A stretch of 63,325 bases of DNA, filler included, from Actinomycetota bacterium (GTDB lineage Bacteria; Actinomycetota; CADDZG01; JAHWKV01; JAOPZY01), in the NCBI GenBank assembly GCA_025963875.1. It is 6 parts of 6 records of this genome, joined end to end, with 100 filler letters (N's around TTAATTAATTAA, not from the genome) between each part and the next. Parts side by side here need not be neighbours in the genome. Positions count along the whole stretch, not along the records: positions 1 to 20,282 come from JAOPZY010000077.1; 5 more parts are not named here. One strand, 5' to 3'. Below the pieces are notes generated by a model, which was given only the letters and a program-made list of their open reading frames with translations, was not told where the DNA came from and ran no database searches. Shown here in pieces: positions 7,742 to 17,336 of this stretch. The translations under genes and the position numbers were made by a program. Numbering within the stretch: the stretch's first letter is position 1; each line of letters begins with the position of its first letter.

Positions 7742-10540
7742 ATGCCGACGAGCCCCGCGCGGGAGTTCCACGGGCGCGACGCGGAACTCGCGCTGATTCG
7801 AGCCGAGCTCGAACGCCTCTCCGACGGCGCAGAAGCGGTGGTTGTCGTCGAGGGGGCCGCCGGCATGGGCAAGAGCCGCCTGCTCGAGGAAGTCGCGGCG
7901 ATCGCCCGCACCCTCGGCATCAGAGTCGGCAGCAGCGCAGCTGATCCGAGCGAAACGGTTGTCGAGCTTGCGACGCTGCTCGCGGCGCTGTTCGACGGAA
8001 CCGAACCGCTCCTCGACCCCGGCGAGCTCACCACTCTTCATGCACAGCCCGAGCAACGGTTCTGGTTGCTGCGAGACCTGCAGCAGCTGCTCGAGCGCGC
8101 GGCGCTCGAGTCGCCACTGCTGATCTCGATCGACGACTCCCACTGGGCAGACAGCGGAACGGTCGCGGCGCTACGCAGGCTGCCGACGCGACTGATGGGA
8201 CTGCCGATCGCCTGGGCGATCGCGCTTCGCCCGCCGCGCGAAGCGACACCGCTCGTGCACGCGCTCGACGAGCTGAAGCAAGAGGGGGCACGCTCGATCG
8301 CCCTCGGCCCACTCAGTGACGATGCGGTCGTGCAGTTGGCCGCGGACATACTCGCCGCGCAACCCGATCAGTCGATCCTGCAACAGTTGGCGGATGCCGA
8401 CGGTAGCCCGTTCCTCGTCGTCGAGACGCTCCTCGGACTGCAAGAAGAGGAGCGGATCCGCGTTGTCGACGGCCGCGCCGAGCTGATCGACGGCCACCTG
8501 CCCCGCCGCGTACACCAGAAGATGCGCGAGCGGCTCGGCCGGCTCTCCGACGAGGCAAGCGACGCCGTGACCGTCGCCGCCTCGCTCGGTCGCACATTCA
8601 CCTTCGACGAGCTGGCGCGCACCCTCGGGCGGCCGGCCTCGGACCTGCTCGCACCGGTCGAGGAGCTCCTCGAGGCGAACCTGCTCGTCGAGCGCGACGA
8701 GAATCTCGCGTTCTGGCACGACATCACACGCGAGGCCGTGCGCGCCAGCGTTCCCGTAACCGCCCGCCGCGCCCTCGACCGCCAGGCCGCCGTAGTCCTG
8801 CTCGAAGCCGGCGCCCTGCCGGTCGAAGTTGCCGCGCAACTCGCCGCCAGCGCCGAGGTCGGTGACGAGGTGGCGATCGCGACGCTGCTCGACGCCGCAA
8901 AGGCACTGGTCACGACCGATCCCGGTACCACCGCACAGTTCGGACGGCGCGCGCTCGAGATCGCGCCGGCCCACCATCCACAGCGCGGGGAGATCGTCGG
9001 CACGACGGCGATCGCGTTACACATCGCCGGCAACAGCGAGCAAGCGATCGCGTTCGCCGACCGCGCCCTCCGCGAGACGCTCCCCGCCCTGCAGGAGGCA
9101 GAAGTCCGCCTCAGCATCGCCGGCATGTTCGCGATCTCCCCGGAGATCAGAATCGGGGCTGGGCGACTCGCCCTGAACCTTCCCGACCTCCCCGAGACTC
9201 TACGCGCCCGCCACCTCGCCTGCCTCTTCCACAATCTCGTTACCGCCGGTCGCCTCGACGAGGCGCGTGCAGTGCTCGAGGAGACGCGCGCAACGGTCGA
9301 GTCCGCGGACGATGCTCGAGCGAGGTTCACGCTCCGCGTCGCCGAGAGCGCGCTCGGGTACGCCGACGACCGATTCGGACCGTCACGCGAGCTGATCACC
9401 GAGGCCTATCGCGACGGGATCTTCGCCGGCGACGACCAGCGCCTGCGGCTCGCGCACATGTGGCACGGCGAGCTGCTGAGCGCCGCCGACCTCTACGAAG
9501 AGTCGTTCGCGATCGCAGCCGACGGCCTCGCCGCCGCCCAGCGCGACCGGCAGGGCTGGGCCTATCAGATGTTCGAGACCTGGCACGGCCGCATGCTCCT
9601 GCGGACTGGACGTATCTCCGAGGCGGCGGCTGTGCTCGAAGGCCGCTTCGCCCTCGAGGACGGAACCCACGCGGCTGGAGTGCTCGACGCCGCCGGCATC
9701 GTCGCGCTGGGGCAAGTGACGATCCATACCGGCGACACCCGTCAGGCTCGCCGACTCGGCGACATCGCGCAGGTCATGCTCGAGCAGGGCACGCCCGCGG
9801 TGCGGCGCCATGCAGGCTGGCTGCTCGCGATCTTCGCGATGGCCAAAGGCAACGCCGAAGCAGCACGAAGATGGCTGCGCGCACCGACCGACCCGGACGG
9901 CCGAGCGATCCTGCCGCGGTTCCCACTCGACATCGGCGACGAAGTGCTGCTGGCGCGCATCGCACTTGCCACACAAGACGACGCTCTCGCGCAGATCGCG
10001 CTCTCCACCAGCCAGCGGCGAGCGGAGCTGAACCCCGGCATCCATTCGATCGCGGGTGCGGCGGCTCACGTCCGCGGTCTGCTCGAGCGGAACCACGCGG
10101 ATCTCCGCGAGGCGGTTGCTCTCTTCGAGGGCACACCGCGCCGGCTCGAGCTAGCGGCCGCACTCGAAGACCTCGGCGCCGAACTCACCGCGACCGACAG
10201 CGACGCCGCCATCGACGTCCTCGGCCGTACCCTCGCCCTCTACACGGAGCTGGGAGCCAGCTGGGACGCCCGCCGCGTCCGCAGCCGCCTGCGCGAGCTC
10301 GGCGTCCGACGCCGCCTCGTCACCACCGAACCCGAGACGAGCGGTTGGGCGGCGATGACGACGTCGGAACTCACCGTCGCACGGCTCGTCGCCGAAGGGC
10401 TGACCAACCGGGAGGTCGCCGAGCGCCTCTTCGTGTCGCCGCACACCGTGAACACCCATCTCCGCCACGTCTTCTCGAAGCTCGGCATCAACTCGCGCGT
10501 GGAGCTGGCCCGACTCGCGCGCGATTACGAGATGGCGTGA
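7742..10540 (+). CDS. Large ATP-binding LuxR-family transcriptional regulator
   Basis: GRDAEL, Walker A GAAGMGKS, Walker B-like ISIDDSHWAD, C-terminal LuxR HTH GLTNREVAERLFVSPHTVNTHLRHVFSKLGI. Confidence 0.93.
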   Translation: MPTSPAREFHGRDAELALIRAELERLSDGAEAVVVVEGAAGMGKSRLLEEVAAIARTLGIRVGSSAADPSETVVELATLLAALFDGTEPLLDPGELTTLHAQPEQRFWLLRDLQQLLERAALESPLLISIDDSHWADSGTVAALRRLPTRLMGLPIAWAIALRPPREATPLVHALDELKQEGARSIALGPLSDDAVVQLAADILAAQPDQSILQQLADADGSPFLVVETLLGLQEEERIRVVDGRAELIDGHLPRRVHQKMRERLGRLSDEASDAVTVAASLGRTFTFDELARTLGRPASDLLAPVEELLEANLLVERDENLAFWHDITREAVRASVPVTARRALDRQAAVVLLEAGALPVEVAAQLAASAEVGDEVAIATLLDAAKALVTTDPGTTAQFGRRALEIAPAHHPQRGEIVGTTAIALHIAGNSEQAIAFADRALRETLPALQEAEVRLSIAGMFAISPEIRIGAGRLALNLPDLPETLRARHLACLFHNLVTAGRLDEARAVLEETRATVESADDARARFTLRVAESALGYADDRFGPSRELITEAYRDGIFAGDDQRLRLAHMWHGELLSAADLYEESFAIAADGLAAAQRDRQGWAYQMFETWHGRMLLRTGRISEAAAVLEGRFALEDGTHAAGVLDAAGIVALGQVTIHTGDTRQARRLGDIAQVMLEQGTPAVRRHAGWLLAIFAMAKGNAEAARRWLRAPTDPDGRAILPRFPLDIGDEVLLARIALATQDDALAQIALSTSQRRAELNPGIHSIAGAAAHVRGLLERNHADLREAVALFEGTPRRLELAAALEDLGAELTATDSDAAIDVLGRTLALYTELGASWDARRVRSRLRELGVRRRLVTTEPETSGWAAMTTSELTVARLVAEGLTNREVAERLFVSPHTVNTHLRHVFSKLGINSRVELARLARDYEMA

Positions 10541-10586
10541 TCGTGTGATGCTGCGCACCGCGGCGGCATGACATCCTCGACCGATC

Positions 10587-10847
10587 ATGCCCATGATCGA
10601 CGCGTACGCCACTGAAGGCACCTTCGCCGACAAGCACACGCTCGCTCAGAACCTCGCGCAAGCCGTGATGCGCTGGGAGCAAGTGCCGGAGATCCCGCTC
10701 TTCTCCGACAACACAGCCGCCTTCGTCCACGATCTTCCCGCCGAAGCGATCGCGAACGCCGCCGGCGCGTCCGACTACGTTCGCGTCCAGGTGCTGACGC
10801 CCGTCGGCGTCCTCGAAGCGCCCTCGTCGCAGGATCAGCTCGCGTGA
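10587..10847 (+). pseudogene. Tautomerase-superfamily protein, probably C-terminally truncated
   Basis: Catalytic Pro-1 start MPMID; first beta-alpha-beta unit present; similarity appears to stop after VQVLTPVGVL. Confidence 0.6.
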
Positions 10848-10855
10848 GTTCACCC

Positions 10856-10885
10856 TTGACCGCTACATGACACGTCACGTATTCT
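10856..10885 (+). promoter_or_regulatory. Sigma70-type promoter with a palindromic operator in the spacer
   Basis: TTGACC-N18-TATTCT; operator TACATGACACGTCACGTA at 10864-10881, whose reverse complement matches 12561-12577 at 16 of 17 positions. Confidence 0.7.
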
Positions 10886-10953
10886 CTCGGAAGGTGGCGA
10901 CTGGAGCCGCTCCAGGTTGTCTTTGCCCCGGCTGACGCATTGGAGGACTGACC

Positions 10954-11922
10954 GTACCGAGTGCCTGCGTGGTTACTACCTATGGTCCCCCGAGTGCCTG
11001 CGTGGTTACTACCTATGGTCCCCCAGACGTTCTCGAGTGGACACACGTTCCCATGCCGGAGCCTTCAGAGAGACAGGTCCGGATCAAGGTCCGTGTCTCC
11101 GGCGTAGGCCCCACGGACCTGAAAATCCGCCGCGGCGACCTCAAGGCGGTCTTTCCTCTGCCGAAGCCTGCGGTCCTCGGGTTCGAGACCGCCGGGGTCG
11201 TCGACGCCATCGGTAGTGAAGTCAGCGGCGTAGCGGTCGGAGACGAGGTGGCTGCTTGGCTGCCATCACTTGGCGGGTACGGCGAGTGCGCGCTCGCAGC
11301 GGCCTGGACTCGCAAGCCGCCCCACGTGACCTGGAACGACGCTGGCGCGCTGCCCGCCTCGGTTGAGGCGGCGGTCGGAGTGCTACGCCAGCTCGAGGTG
11401 GCAGACGGCGAGACTCTCTTGATCCTGGGCGCGGGTGAGTAGGTCGGGATCATCGCCACGCAGCTGGCGATTCGGCAGGGGCTCAAGGTCATCGGAGCCG
11501 TCGGCGGGCGAGACGGGGCGCTCATCCGAGAGCTCGGAGCCACGCCAGTCCTCTACGGGAGCAACCTGCTCTCCGACCTACGCGAGGTCGCCGACCGAGT
11601 CGATGCGACCTTCGATGCCGCGGGCAAAGGCGGACTTGAAGATGCCATCACGCTCACCGGCGGCTCCGACCGCGTGATCACGCTGGCCGACGAGCGCGCG
11701 GCGGACCTCGGCGTTCGGCTCTCAGCCCCGACACCCGATCGGGCACCTGACGCCGTGGAGATTGGCATGCAGCTTCTCGCCTCCGGCGAACTGCGCCTGC
11801 GATCGCAACGGGCCCTACCGATGTCGGCGGCCGCCGAAGCCCACCGGCTCCTCGAGGACGGACTAGTTCACGACAAGCTGCTCCTCACGACTAGCCCAGA
11901 GCTCGCCGAGATGGCGGAATGA
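10954..11922 (+). pseudogene. NADP-dependent oxidoreductase (MDR/quinone reductase family), disrupted
   Basis: YGPPDVL, V.IKV...GV.P.D, LG.E.AGVV; in-frame TAG at 11440-11442 inside the nucleotide-binding GAG..VG motif, then the same frame continues to 11922; GTA sits where the start codon is expected. Confidence 0.85.
10957..11022 (+). repeat. Perfect 33-bp tandem duplication
   Basis: ccgagtgcctgcgtggttactacctatggtccc twice, at 10957 and 10990. Confidence 0.95.
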
Positions 11923-12053
11923 CGACGACTTCTCCGGGACACCCAGTGGACAGCCCGGAAGCCCACCACGCAGTGGGTGGCCGGCGCCGCCGTCGCGTGT
12001 TCTGGGTCGCGTTCGCTGATCGTGACGCGGGCGCGGAAGCGTTTGGCTTCGGC

Positions 12054-12569
12054 TCAGGATTCGTCAGCGGGAGCGGGAAGTGTTCCGCGGTCAATGATGT
12101 TGTCGTAGACGCTCTCGAGCCCAACGGTGAGCGGCTCGAGCAGCTCGTCCGGCAAGCCCTCGAAGAACAACCTTCGCACGAGGTCGATGTGCCCACTGGA
12201 CGCGCGGGTGATCTCGTCCCAGCCCTGATCGGTAAGCGTTACCTCGGTCGCTCGACGATCCGTCGGCGCTGGACGGCACTCCACGAGCCCTCGGTTCTGG
12301 AGACGCCGGACGTGGTGCGAGAGCCTGCTCCGCTCCCAGCTGATCAGGGCGGCCAGCGCCGTGACCCGCATTCGCCCGCCCGGTGCGTACCGCAAAGCGT
12401 TCAGTACGTCGTAGTCGGACAGCGAAAGGTTGCTGTCCGCCTGCAGCTGGCGGTTCATCTCGTAGGTCAGGCGCAGCTGCACCCTCATGTAGGCCAGCCA
12501 CGCTCGCTGTTGGTCAGGCCTCAACGTTCTGAACGCGGAATCTGATCTGTGCTTCCCTTGACGTGACAT
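12054..12569 (-). CDS. MarR-family transcriptional regulator
   Basis: LS.SDYDVL..L, SRLSHHVRRLQNRGLVE, DRRATEVTLT..G; likely leaderless. Confidence 0.92.
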   Translation of the reverse strand: MSRQGKHRSDSAFRTLRPDQQRAWLAYMRVQLRLTYEMNRQLQADSNLSLSDYDVLNALRYAPGGRMRVTALAALISWERSRLSHHVRRLQNRGLVECRPAPTDRRATEVTLTDQGWDEITRASSGHIDLVRRLFFEGLPDELLEPLTVGLESVYDNIIDRGTLPAPADES

Positions 12570-12577
12570 GTCATGTA
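12561..12577. promoter_or_regulatory. Palindromic operator overlapping the MarR start codon
   Basis: ACGTGACATGTCATGTA, near-perfect palindrome, repeated in reverse complement at 10864-10880. Confidence 0.7.
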
Positions 12578-12859
12578 TTATTGCCTCGTGTGTCCCCCCA
12601 TCGCAACACATTCAGCGCATGGTCGTGACCGGGACGTCGGCCAGACGGAGCTTGGCTGCGCAGCTGTCGCAAAGCACGTCGGCTCGTCCAACAACACGAG
12701 CGTCGGCCGAGGCCGGCATGGCCGGACGAGCGGCATTGGCCTACGCCCGGCCCCGCGCTCCTTGGCGCGAGTCTCCTGCGGCCGTGCTGAGCAGGAAGAG
12801 AAGATGGGAGGGCGATGGGGATGGTAGCCGAAGGACGTGGTCCGGGTCAGGACAGAAGG

Positions 12860-13551
12860 GCGTCCACCTCTCCGCCACAGACCGGCGCGAGCTATCCACT
12901 CCGTATTCTGGTCTTCTCCGCGTCGCTCCGCGCCGACTCTCTGAACACACGTCTGGCGGCCCTGGCCGCCACGACCATTGAGGCGGAAGGCCACACCACC
13001 GACCTCGCCACCATGGCGGAGTTCGACGCGCCGTCCTACAACGGCGATGTGGAGGCGGCGGGGGGCTGCCGCCGGGTGCCGAGAACCTTCGCCGGCGGTT
13101 GGAGGCGGCTCACGGCTTCGTGATCGCCTCGCCCGAGTACAATGCGTCGCTGCCCGGTGTTCTGAAGAACAGCATCGACTGGGTGTCGCGCCACCGACCC
13201 CAGCCTTTCAACGAGCGCCACGGCCTACTGCTCTCGGCCTCACCGTCGATGGCAGGTGGTAACCGCGGCCTCTGGGCACTGCGCATTCCCTTCGAGCACC
13301 TCGGCGCTCGCATGTATCCCGACATGTTCTCCCTCGCACAGGCGCACAGGGCCTTCGACGAATTGGGACGTATCGGCGACGCGGAGCTACAGCAGCGCTT
13401 CGATACGACTGTTGCCAATTTCTTGAGCCTGGTCGAGGCGGCCACGGACTATCCCTGCGTCAAGCGAGCCTGGGTGGAATACCTCGGTGAGCGCCCGGAC
13501 CCCGCGATCGACCGCGTCGACGTGGCCGCGGCAGCGCGGGCGGCGCGGTAG
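12860..13551 (+). pseudogene. NADPH-dependent FMN reductase, frameshifted
   Basis: ILVFSASLRADSLN in one frame and SPEYNASLPGVLKNSIDWVSR in another; shift at the G6 run 13060-13065; start uncertain. Confidence 0.85.
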
Positions 13552-13622
13552 CCGCGTGCACTCATGGGGCAACACACAAGCCGCGCGGCCGTTGGCCGAA
13601 GCTCGACTGCAGGAGGAGCCAG

Positions 13623-14006
13623 ATGGAAAGCCCGATCGAGGTAGTGCGCAGGTTCTGCGCGCGCGGTCCGATGACATGGCGGCCGCCGACCTGGCCGCAT
13701 TCTTCACCGACGACGCCGTCTACCACAACATCCCGCTGGCAGCGGTCACCGGCAGGGAGGAGATCGCCAACAACATCGCCTCGTTCATCCGCCCTGGCCC
13801 GCCAGGCATCATGGGCATCGAGTTCCGCGTCATCAAACATCGCAGCCAATGGTCCGGTCGTGATGACCGAGCGGGTGGATGTCTTCAAGCTCCCCCACAA
13901 GTCGTTTGAGCTGCCGATCATGGGGACCTTCGAGGTCAACGACGGCAAGATCAACGCCTGGCGGGACTATTTCGACCTTAACCAGTTCAACAGCCAGACG
14001 GGATAA
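13623..14006 (+). pseudogene. Limonene-1,2-epoxide hydrolase/SnoaL-like protein with two compensating frameshifts
   Basis: MESPIEVVRRFC and VMTERVD...PIMGTFEVNDGKINAWRDYFD share one frame; the middle FFTDDAVYHNIP..VTGRE.I lies in another frame. Confidence 0.8.
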
Positions 14007-14028
14007 CGCAGAACCAGTCGGGCCGATG

Positions 14029-14244
14029 TTATGGGGCGATCGCGTCTACTCCGATCTTGGGCGGTCCCGGGCAGGGATGGCCGAGCCCTGGGTCGAGGAC
14101 GAGGAGCCCGGGCACCATGCCGCCGATGAGGATGGCGTGGTCAGCAGCAAACCCGATGGCCCGCAGCAGATGCGCGGCCTCACCGAGCAATACGGCGACA
14201 AAGGTCCGGGCGTACTCGCCGTAATGGAGACCGTTACCAGCCAA
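14029..14244 (-). pseudogene. Truncated nucleotidyltransferase-like (AbiEii-like toxin) N-terminus
   Basis: TTG start with GGGAGG RBS overlapping the upstream stop; AILIGGMVPGLLV resembles the GG motif strand of AbiEii-type NTases; stops after 71 aa without a recognisable DxD. Confidence 0.5.
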
Positions 14245-15274
14245 TGACGGCCTCCCGAAACAGGGCAGCTGCATCCTCGCCACGCGGCTCGCCGAGCATG
14301 TCGAGCCAGATGCGGACAGGCGGCGCCACGTAGACGGATCCACTGGAGACCCGGCCGTGCAGGCCCAGCTCGCCCACGTCGCGGATCAATACCATGTTGG
14401 CACCAGCGTCGACGGGCTCGACACCGAGCAGTTGTGCGGCCTCGGCAAGCGACGGGACGTCCGGTGCAATGCGCACCAGCGTGATGGGAACCGCGGTTGA
14501 AACTGGGGCCCCGAGGGCGCCCGCGCCCGTGGCGCCCGTCACTGCATACGGCACGTCTGCCTCCAGAGCTCGGGCAGACAGTTTCGTGACTAGGGCCATG
14601 GGATCGCGGGCGTAGAGGGACACGTCGAGGCGTTCGCGGACCCGTCTCGCCGAGGGGACAGTCGCCAACCAATCGAGGAGCGCACCGGGGTCTCTCACGT
14701 ATCGGCGAAGAGTCTTGGCTCGCCCGGACGCCTCCAGGAAGCCCTCCCCCTCCAAACGCACGATGATCCGGTGAGCCTCGCCCGCGGCGCAGGCCGCCTG
14801 GCGGGCAAGATCCGCGACGGACCACTTCCGGGTGGGGTCGCCAAGAAGGCATTGCGCGACGCGCACTCCCACGACGCCCATCCCCGCCGGGCGACGAGTG
14901 CCGCCACCGGCCGTGGACCGCTCCGGTTCGACGTGGAGCAACAAGCCGGGAAGATCAATGTGGATGGCTCCCGTGCCGTCGGCGTACGCAAACCCGGCGG
15001 TCTCCAGCTCTCGACGAACGTGCTTCGCGAGGCGGTCTGCTACAACAAGGCCCACCTTGCCACCGCTAGCCAGGGACTTGAGAATCGGCGCGCTGGACTG
15101 GCCGTAGGGCCGAAGCCCGCCCGGCACCAGGAGGAGCGGCCAGGCGCGACCGTCGACGACAAGACGCGGCTCACGTCGTCGCACGCGCACCGTCACGCCG
15201 GGTAGGCGCTGAAGTACCCTGACCGCTGCCTCCGGGGTGGACCGGTCCAGCTCAAGTCTGATGGTCGTCATCAT
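14234..15274 (-). CDS. AbiEi-like (type IV antitoxin-like) protein with a central winged HTH
   Basis: L...GF.Y.D..G..HI, WSV.DLA..A....G..HR....LE.EGFL, LLDW, YAVTG..GA, G.N..L, P.RIWLD......RGEDAA is the architecture I associate with AbiEi-type antitoxins. Confidence 0.65.
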   Translation of the reverse strand: MMTTIRLELDRSTPEAAVRVLQRLPGVTVRVRRREPRLVVDGRAWPLLLVPGGLRPYGQSSAPILKSLASGGKVGLVVADRLAKHVRRELETAGFAYADGTGAIHIDLPGLLLHVEPERSTAGGGTRRPAGMGVVGVRVAQCLLGDPTRKWSVADLARQAACAAGEAHRIIVRLEGEGFLEASGRAKTLRRYVRDPGALLDWLATVPSARRVRERLDVSLYARDPMALVTKLSARALEADVPYAVTGATGAGALGAPVSTAVPITLVRIAPDVPSLAEAAQLLGVEPVDAGANMVLIRDVGELGLHGRVSSGSVYVAPPVRIWLDMLGEPRGEDAAALFREAVIGW

Positions 15275-15324
15275 TCACTCCGGGACTTCGTTCATTTAGT
15301 AATGAACGATTACCAGTAGTGAAT
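15273..15324. promoter_or_regulatory. Nested inverted repeats upstream of the AbiEi-like gene (putative autoregulatory operator)
   Basis: TCGTTCATT-TAGT-AATGAACGA at 15288-15309, inside outer arms ATTCACT (15273-15279) and AGTGAAT (15318-15324); AT-rich patch. Confidence 0.65.
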
Positions 15325-15633
15325 ATCCCATGCTGGAACAGCCGTCGAGCACGGTTCGCCGCCAACTCGACGGGCCTACCTTCAGCGTCGGGCTGACCCG
15401 CTCGACGGCCTCTCGAAGACGCCGCTCGGCCTCGTCAGAGAAGTCGGGGATCGCAGTAGGTAAGGTCGCCCGCGGAGATGCCCTCGTCATGCCCACCGAC
15501 CGCAGCGCACGTCACGGATCGGGGTCCTGGACCTAGCCCTGGTTCAGCTGCCGGTGTCCCCCCGGGGCATCGATCCCGTGGGCGGGGTGGCCATCCTGGC
15601 CCGGGCCGACTCGGCATGCAGCCTGAGCCCGCT

Positions 15634-16407
15634 TCACAGCCTGACGCCGCTCGTCAGGACGGTCAGCCGCAGCACGGCCAGCACGGCCAGCAGCACGATC
15701 CCCGCCCAGGGCACGCCCCCGGCGAAGCCGACCCCCCGTACGGACAGTCGGCGCATGAAGACCCGGGCCATCAACGCTGGGATCCCGGCCGCGAAGATGC
15801 CGGCGGCCTCGAAGATGCCGTTGCGGCTGAAGAGGTCCGAAGAGATGCTCAGGAGCAGGGCCAGGGCCAGGCCGGCGATCCAGGTGAAGAAGGCGAACTG
15901 GCGAAGCTGGGCGGCTCGTTCGTCACCCTTCTCCTCGGTGAGCTCGAGCAGCTGTTCGGTGAGGAACCGGCCCAGCGCGAAGGTCCCGAGCAGCCCCACC
16001 ACGAAGGATGCCAGGTACGCAACACCCGGGGCATTGAGCAGCCGGAAGGCATGCCCGATGTCGCCGTAGGCGACGAAGGGCCCCGTCATGAGGTAGCCGA
16101 AGAAGCTCTGGACGCTCAGAACCCCGAACCAGATCGTGAACAGGCGCCAGAAACCGCGCCCCCGGCGAGGGGCGAGCAGTGCGATGAGGCCGCTCACCAG
16201 GCTGAACAGCGGCCCCACCAGGGCCACAACAGCCTCTCGCCCGGGGCTCAGGGAGGCATGCGTCTCGAAGCCGGCGTAGACGGTGGGCTTCACCCCGAAC
16301 GCCAGGGCAGCCAGCCCGTGGGCGAACTCGTGCAGCGTGATGCTGAGAAACAACGCCCCGACGAAGGCTACCGTCGAGTTGACGAGACGGTCGTATCGCT
16401 GAAGCAT
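15634..16407 (-). CDS. Integral membrane protein, putative HExxH intramembrane zinc protease (M50-like)
   Basis: TLHEFAHGL within a transmembrane segment, VGPLFS, YGDI, about 7-8 hydrophobic helices. Confidence 0.7.
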   Translation of the reverse strand: MLQRYDRLVNSTVAFVGALFLSITLHEFAHGLAALAFGVKPTVYAGFETHASLSPGREAVVALVGPLFSLVSGLIALLAPRRGRGFWRLFTIWFGVLSVQSFFGYLMTGPFVAYGDIGHAFRLLNAPGVAYLASFVVGLLGTFALGRFLTEQLLELTEEKGDERAAQLRQFAFFTWIAGLALALLLSISSDLFSRNGIFEAAGIFAAGIPALMARVFMRRLSVRGVGFAGGVPWAGIVLLAVLAVLRLTVLTSGVRL

Positions 16408-16590
16408 TCGCAGGCTCCGAGCTCATCCACGCCTATGACCAACAACCCATTCCACAACTGTGCCAAAAACAACGGGGCCCGAAAGGGGAGCTCCTTGCAC
16501 CCGCCGCAACGCCCCCCTTCGTCGGCGGATACAGCCCATGGACCGCCGAGGTTTTTGCCGCCCGGGCAGCGAGACAACCCATGGCCGCCG

Positions 16591-16824
16591 CTAGGAAGTC
16601 CCGCCCCTGCGGTTCCGGCGGCGAGCTCGCCTGGCGGCCCGCTCCGGGTTCGGTGAGGTCTGACTGCCGGAGGGGGCCAGTTGGGACCAGAGAACCCCGA
16701 CGATGATCGCTCCACCAATGAGGTAGATGATCCACCACCGGGTGGGGAGCTTTGCCAGAAGGAGGATGCCCGCCAGGATTCCGTAGATCACCACGGCGAA
16801 AACTCGTGGGTTTCGCATCCTCAC
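16591..16824 (-). CDS. Small two-helix membrane protein
   Basis: Two hydrophobic segments, basic tail, purine-rich RBS. Confidence 0.55.
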   Translation of the reverse strand: MRMRNPRVFAVVIYGILAGILLLAKLPTRWWIIYLIGGAIIVGVLWSQLAPSGSQTSPNPERAARRARRRNRRGGTS

Positions 16825-17012
16825 CTCCCCCGGGCCTCCCTTGGGCGGATTTTAGCATAGGGCCGTACCGTACGGTCTGCGAGATTTTGGAGGAACTAAG
16901 GAGACACTCCGGCAGAGAATCGCCGCCCGCAGACGATCCTGCGGCCCGGCGGAGGCCTGTGCCCGGCCGCCTGCGCCTCCCGGCGGGAGTCGTCTGGCCG
17001 GAAGGGCATGGT

Positions 17013-17336
17013 TCAGTCGTCCTCGGCCTCCTCCGATCCCGATCCCGACCCCGACGCCGACGCCGAGGCCGAGACGACCTCGTCCTGACGGAGGAGGTGA
17101 CGCACGTAGCGACCGGAGCCCTCGACGATCACCACACCGAGATGCCCCAGAGACGTCACCTCCCTCGGGTTCTCCCCCACCTCCTGGCTCACCCGGTCGA
17201 GGATCCTCTCGTGGGAAGGCGAGGAGCTCGACGTGGCACCTTGAGTCATGTCGAGAGCGACGATCGCCTTCACGTTCCCCCCGTCTCCGGCACGTCGCAG
17301 TTGCTTCTGCAGCTCCGGATCGACGTCCGCAGGCAT
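17013..17336 (-). CDS. Small protein resembling a stand-alone subtilase propeptide (I9-like inhibitor)
   Basis: ATG overlaps the protease stop (TGATG); VDPELQKQL.......VKAIVAL...LGVVIVEG....VRHLL.QDEVVS parallels the neighbouring protease prodomain. Confidence 0.55.
   Translation of the reverse strand: MPADVDPELQKQLRRAGDGGNVKAIVALDMTQGATSSSSPSHERILDRVSQEVGENPREVTSLGHLGVVIVEGSGRYVRHLLRQDEVVSASASASGSGSGSEEAEDD

Noticed and set aside
10957..11022. 33-bp repeat as a CRISPR array
   Set aside because: Two adjacent copies with no spacer, inside a coding region, and no cas genes
11440..11442. In-frame TAG as pyrrolysine or programmed readthrough
   Set aside because: The same gene has other lesions, no pyl genes are visible, and the position corresponds to an ordinary small residue
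12620..12800. PTLVLLDEPT on the minus strand as an ABC ATPase Walker B relic
   Set aside because: Too short, with no recognisable signature motif or Walker A; may be chance
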